Source of the DNA: an uncultured bacterium
Lineage (GTDB): Bacteria; Omnitrophota; Gorgyraeia; Ghiorseimicrobiales; Ghiorseimicrobiaceae
Assembly (NCBI GenBank): GCA_913009335.1
Contig: CAJVXN010000001.1
Coordinates: 2,844 to 66,843, forward strand
Length of the DNA: 64,000 nt
Direction of reading: 5' to 3'
Shown: positions 59,589 to 64,000 of the stretch, piece after piece
Position numbering within the stretch: position 1 is the first letter of the stretch
Layout: every line of letters begins with the position of its first letter
Notes under the pieces: generated by a model
What the model saw: the letters and a program-made list of their open reading frames with translations, nothing else
Told to the model about the DNA's origin: nothing
Database searches by the model: none
Position numbers and translations under genes: made by a program

Positions 59589-60530
59589 TTAATAAGCAAA
59601 TTTAAAAATGTAGAAAATATATCCCGCATATATACTAAAAAACAATAATCCTTCTAATCTTGTTAATTTTAATCTTATTTTAAAAAATAAAAGCAGAAGT
59701 AACGTAACGCCAATCACAACAGGCATTGTTATCATTTTAATCTGGTTATCTATATCTAATGGTCGAATCGAAGCAGAAACTCCAACAACTAATAAAATAT
59801 TTAATATATTGGCTCCGATTACATTACCTACTGCCAACTCACCCATATTCTTAATACTGGCAACTATAGCAGTGGATAATTCAGGGAGCGAAGTCCCCAC
59901 AGCAACAAGAGATAAACCAATAACAACTTCAGGAACCTGTAAAAATCTGGCAATACTTACTCCGCTCGGTATTATCGCGTACTTAGCAGCAATTATAACA
60001 CCGATTGCGCCTATTGCAAACTTTAGAATATCCTTCCCCGCGGTATGAACTGGAGAATTATCCTTCTGATATTGTTTTTTATTTTTAAATTCTCTTAAAA
60101 TAATATAAACAAAAAATACCACCAGGAGTGAACATAAAAGTAACCCATCCAGACGGCTAATTCTATTATCGGAAATAAATATACAGAGAATAAAAAGTAT
60201 GAAGATTAAGAAAGGAAGTTCTTGCCTTATTATTCTAGAACCAATATTAACAGGCCTAATTACAACGGCTATTGCTAATATTAAACCAATATTGGCCAGG
60301 CACGACCCTAAGGCATTACCAATAGCCATGCCCTCTATACCGGCATAAGAAGATATCGCGGATACTGTAAGCTCCGGAGCGGTTGTTGCCAAACTTACAA
60401 TTGTAAGTCCAATTACAATCCTGGGGATTTTAAAAATATAAGCTATTCCCTCAGCGCCGCTGGTAAATAAATCAGCGCTCTTTATAATTATGAGTACCCC
60501 AATTACAAAAATTAGTATATCTTTATACAA
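59589..60530 (-). CDS. Ca2+/Na+ antiporter (YrbG/CaCA family)
   Basis: Alpha repeats TTAPEL / GTSLPEL and GNALGS / GNVIGANI. Confidence 0.92.
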   Translation of the reverse strand: MYKDILIFVIGVLIIIKSADLFTSGAEGIAYIFKIPRIVIGLTIVSLATTAPELTVSAISSYAGIEGMAIGNALGSCLANIGLILAIAVVIRPVNIGSRIIRQELPFLIFILFILCIFISDNRISRLDGLLLCSLLVVFFVYIILREFKNKKQYQKDNSPVHTAGKDILKFAIGAIGVIIAAKYAIIPSGVSIARFLQVPEVVIGLSLVAVGTSLPELSTAIVASIKNMGELAVGNVIGANILNILLVVGVSASIRPLDIDNQIKMITMPVVIGVTLLLLLFFKIRLKLTRLEGLLFFSIYAGYIFYIFKFAY

Positions 60531-60614
60531 AACAGCTTAAATCTTCCCTTTATGGCAGGATTGAATAATAAAAGCGATTAGCCACATACTAACCGCAACT
60601 ATTCATACTGCAAC

Positions 60615-60643
60615 ATCTTACAATATAACCATTTTTGTGTCAA
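60615..60643 (-). promoter_or_regulatory. sigma70 promoter of the antiporter gene
   Basis: TTGACA-17 nt-TAAGAT. Confidence 0.6.
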
Positions 60644-60702
60644 GAAATTAAGGAATAACTGCTTTTTTTAATCAATATTTTGCAAGACAGCATCTCTCAG
60701 CT

Positions 60703-60870
60703 TAAACCCGAATTATACAATAGATCGCAGAATTCGACGTAACCTCTTAAGCCATCTTGCCTTTCAAAAAGCCTCGCCGTACCATAAAGGTATGCCTGCG
60801 TTTTCTTCAAGGCAATCTAACCCAATATGTTACGTCTCGGTTCTCACATCTATTGCACGATTCGGGTTAA
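60703..60870. mobile_element. MITE-like long imperfect palindrome
   Basis: aacccgaat..caatagat..gacgtaac..ttgcctt pairs with aaggcaa..gttacgtc..atctattg..attcgggtt. Confidence 0.65.
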
Positions 60871-60899
60871 AAAAAGGAAGCCGGAAGCACTGAGCTCTC

Positions 60900-63059
60900 T
60901 CATCTGACTTTAAAGGTAATAATTATTTTCGTTCCTTTACCTTCCTTACTTTTTACTTCTATTGAAGCGTTATGCATATCAATTATATTCTTAACAATTG
61001 AGAGCCCCAAACCCGTACCTTCCCCCGCTTTCTTTGTGGTAAAAAACGGATCGAAGATTATCTTTAGCTTATCTTTAGAAATGCCTAAACCCGTATCTAC
61101 GATTTCTACAGTCACAACCGTCTCGTTGGACTTAAAAATATTCTGCCCTTCACTACCCAGTTTAGTCTTGGAATCTTTAAGCTTTGTTTGGTAAGTCCTC
61201 AAGGAAAGCTCTCCCCCTTCGGGCATAGCATGACAGGCATTTATTAAAACATTAACGAATACCTGTTCCATCTTACTTCTATCCGCGAGCACCTTTGGTA
61301 AATCACTCGCGAATTCCTTAGTAAGCTTTATTTTTTTCAACTTGACTCTATGCTGCACCAATACCAACGAATTCGCTACAATACGATTTATATCTTCGCC
61401 TTTAATCTTCAACTCCTGAGACCTGGAAAAATTAAGAAGCGTACATATAATAGTATCGGCTCTTTCAACGCTATCTTTTATCATTCTAAGAGTCTCAAGC
61501 GCTTCTTTATTTTTCATCGGAGATAAAACTCTATCCAGGTAATCCACCCCCTGTAATATTATGCCCAAAGGATTTTTTACTTCGTGAGCTATCCCACTAG
61601 CCATTGTGCCAATTGCTTTCATTTTCTCGGACTGAATAAGCTGAAAATGGGTTTTTTTAAGTTGAGCGTATGCCTCCTGTAGATGTCTCATTACCTCTAA
61701 GGTTTCTTCCTGGGATTTAGTTACCTCCTCTGTACGCTGCTCTACCCTTTTCTCCAAAGTCTTTGACCATGACTCAATCTCGTTATTAGCTCTAATAAGT
61801 TGTTTTTGTTTATTTTTTATGTTCAGCACCATGGCGTTAAAAGAAGCAGCTAGCTCACCGACTTCATCTTTTGATGCAACATCAATATTAGTATCCAACT
61901 CCCCCTCACTTATTCTCACCGTAGCATCTTTTAATTTCATAATAGGGGCAGAAATTGAACGGGCTATAAAAAAACCTATAAAAATAGCCAATACTGTCAC
62001 AAGAAACGCTGTAATTAATAAAATATTCCTTAATCGCAGACTGGCTGCAAATACCTTCTCCGTATCATGCTGAATTACTAAAATCCAGCCCAGGCCTTTA
62101 AAATTACGATAACCCCCTGAACGCGCATAGACAAAAAGCCCTTCTTTATCGTGTCTTGCGTCAATTCCTATATCATAATACAGATGATTGTATCCTGATC
62201 GCTTAAAATTATCAATAAATAATACCCCTGATAAATCTTTAAAAAAAACATTGCCCATTGTTGAATAAATCGACCGTCCGTCTTTGGTTAATAAATCAAA
62301 GCGCATATCCAGCAAATCGCCATAATCTTTATAAATACTCTGTTCATTGCGGTATTTTTTAATCTCACCTTTCTCTAATTCTACCAGAATATCAATGACT
62401 CCCCGAACATCTAAAGAAGCCTTGATTATACCTAAAAAATTTCCCGCATCATCATCTACTCTTACGCAAATATCTATGGAATAAACTTTCGCGTTTTCAT
62501 CATATGCTACATCTGCGATATAAAATCCGTCTTTTCTTGCCATACGCCACCATTCTTCATCAGCCTGCATGTAATCAGTAGTTTTTTGTGTCTGCGCGCA
62601 ATTTGCCCCATATTTATTTGTCGCAAAAACCTCACTAAAAAGATGATATCCGTATTCTTCCTGACGAAATCCCACAAAATTCCTTCTTAGTTTCTGCGAT
62701 AATGGATTATTTATCAAATTCTGTATAAACGGCGCAAGTTCTTTGCTGTCTCTATCTATCCATTGGGTATCTATTCTATCTATATAGCTCGCAATATCAT
62801 CCAGCTTTTCAAACTCCCTATTGGAATTAATAATAGTTTTACGCAAATCTAAATTTTGCCCATAGCGCTGTACTAAAATAAGCTTATCGTAAATATACCT
62901 ATCAATTATATCCAACAATCCGTCCGCCAGCTCCGCGGAATGTACCCCGATAGTTTTCTCTAGGGCCTTTTGGCTTGCTCCGCTAGAAAAATAACCCATT
63001 ACAAGAACTAATAGTGATATCACTAAAAATGACAATGTTAATTTAACGATTATTCTCAT
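60900..63059 (-). CDS. Membrane sensor histidine kinase (Cache-HAMP-HisKA-HATPase)
   Basis: Two TMs with a large periplasmic domain; DEVGELA.SFN, AHEVKNPL and GTGLGL motifs. Confidence 0.93.
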   Translation of the reverse strand: MRIIVKLTLSFLVISLLVLVMGYFSSGASQKALEKTIGVHSAELADGLLDIIDRYIYDKLILVQRYGQNLDLRKTIINSNREFEKLDDIASYIDRIDTQWIDRDSKELAPFIQNLINNPLSQKLRRNFVGFRQEEYGYHLFSEVFATNKYGANCAQTQKTTDYMQADEEWWRMARKDGFYIADVAYDENAKVYSIDICVRVDDDAGNFLGIIKASLDVRGVIDILVELEKGEIKKYRNEQSIYKDYGDLLDMRFDLLTKDGRSIYSTMGNVFFKDLSGVLFIDNFKRSGYNHLYYDIGIDARHDKEGLFVYARSGGYRNFKGLGWILVIQHDTEKVFAASLRLRNILLITAFLVTVLAIFIGFFIARSISAPIMKLKDATVRISEGELDTNIDVASKDEVGELAASFNAMVLNIKNKQKQLIRANNEIESWSKTLEKRVEQRTEEVTKSQEETLEVMRHLQEAYAQLKKTHFQLIQSEKMKAIGTMASGIAHEVKNPLGIILQGVDYLDRVLSPMKNKEALETLRMIKDSVERADTIICTLLNFSRSQELKIKGEDINRIVANSLVLVQHRVKLKKIKLTKEFASDLPKVLADRSKMEQVFVNVLINACHAMPEGGELSLRTYQTKLKDSKTKLGSEGQNIFKSNETVVTVEIVDTGLGISKDKLKIIFDPFFTTKKAGEGTGLGLSIVKNIIDMHNASIEVKSKEGKGTKIIITFKVR

Positions 63060-63113
63060 TATGCGTATTTAGACCTTTCTGTAAAAGGTATTACGAAAGT
63101 CTATCCATCTAGA

Positions 63114-64000
63114 TTAAATAATTTTTATTCCGCCAATAAAAACACTAACGGCAATTACAAAAGAAATAAAGCTCACCATAAATGCTCTTAATCCATTACG
63201 CGTAAATAAAAGCCGTGAATCAGCATTAAAACCAATTGCTGCCATGGCTATGCTCCACATTATGGTTAACGCTATTTTAAATACAGGACCCAATGTGCTG
63301 GCGATATTGGGAACAAAATTAAATATTAATCCTGCTCCTAAAAAAGCCCATAAATACCAGGGGACATGAAACTTCCCCTTTACAAAGCTAGCAAATAACG
63401 GTATTAAAAACAATAAACCGACATATCTTAACGCTTTTACGGAAATCGCAATACTTTGAACTTCCCCGGGTAAATTCGCAACAGATGCCTTTACAAACCC
63501 GGTAAACTGCAATACGGATCCGGAAAAAAATCCGTAGTTTGCGCCTTCTATTTTAAAATAAAATCCTACTAAAGGCATCAAGATAAATAATCCGATTAAC
63601 GCGGATATAAAAACACTTATCAAGCTTATTGAAACATCATCCGCAGACGCATCTATAGCCTTAGAAGTTATGGCAATTGCCGAAGCCCCGCATATAGTAG
63701 AACCGGCAGCAATTAAATAACCTGTTTTCTCATTAAGTCCGAAAAGATTTGCCAACAGGAGTGATGAAATTAGATATATTAAAAACACAATAAACAGCAT
63801 AAAAATAAAATTCGTATCAACTGTCATGAATCTGGAAAAGTTCAAGTTTACCGCACCGTAGAATATCACACCTACAGGGATAAATAATGAAGGAGCAATG
63901 TTAAATCCAGCTATTGTTTCATCTTTGAATTTTATGAATGACCTGCAAATTACACCTATGATAAGCGCTATAAACAAGGGATCTAAAATAGGTAATTTTA
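63114..64000 (-). CDS. YeiH/PSE (putative sulfate exporter) family membrane protein; 5' end lies beyond the window
   Basis: GSTICGASAIA and MAAIG motifs; the frame stays open to the window edge. Confidence 0.8.
   Translation of the reverse strand, partial: KLPILDPLFIALIIGVICRSFIKFKDETIAGFNIAPSLFIPVGVIFYGAVNLNFSRFMTVDTNFIFMLFIVFLIYLISSLLLANLFGLNEKTGYLIAAGSTICGASAIAITSKAIDASADDVSISLISVFISALIGLFILMPLVGFYFKIEGANYGFFSGSVLQFTGFVKASVANLPGEVQSIAISVKALRYVGLLFLIPLFASFVKGKFHVPWYLWAFLGAGLIFNFVPNIASTLGPVFKIALTIMWSIAMAAIGFNADSRLLFTRNGLRAFMVSFISFVIAVSVFIGGIKII

Overview
AT-rich bacterial window in which every long gene except one IS110 recombinase lies on the minus strand. It looks like an anaerobe; the gene content and palindrome-filled intergenic spaces suggest Omnitrophota/PVC, which is inference only. 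Read in transcription order (right to left) it has five blocks. (1) Transporters, a sensor kinase, an IS110 element and an LsrF/Zn-dehydrogenase pair. (2) A Wsp/Frz-like chemosensory cluster ending in a GGDEF/HD-GYP protein. (3) pyrG, hppA and rluA. (4) A roughly 28 kb energy-metabolism run: rex, an Nqr-like complex whose NqrF N-terminus is fused to a NuoE domain and followed by a HydABC/Bfu-type NuoF module, menA plus a prenyl synthase, an octaheme HAO-family cytochrome, a porin, arsenate respiratory reductase arrBA with its chaperone, Tat and Moco genes. (5) A group 3b [NiFe]-hydrogenase operon. The best candidates for undescribed biology are three. (a) The [NiFe]-hydrogenase operon carries [FeFe]-hydrogenase maturases: a HypC-HydE fusion followed by HydG, suggesting a hybrid route to the Fe(CO)(CN) centre. 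(b) The Nqr-NuoE/NuoF chimera may be a quinone-coupled electron-bifurcating ion pump. (c) At least eight intergenic hairpins conserve structure (tandem G-A pairs, 4-bp stem, 2-nt bulge) rather than sequence. All calls come from motif recognition by eye; no database searches were run.
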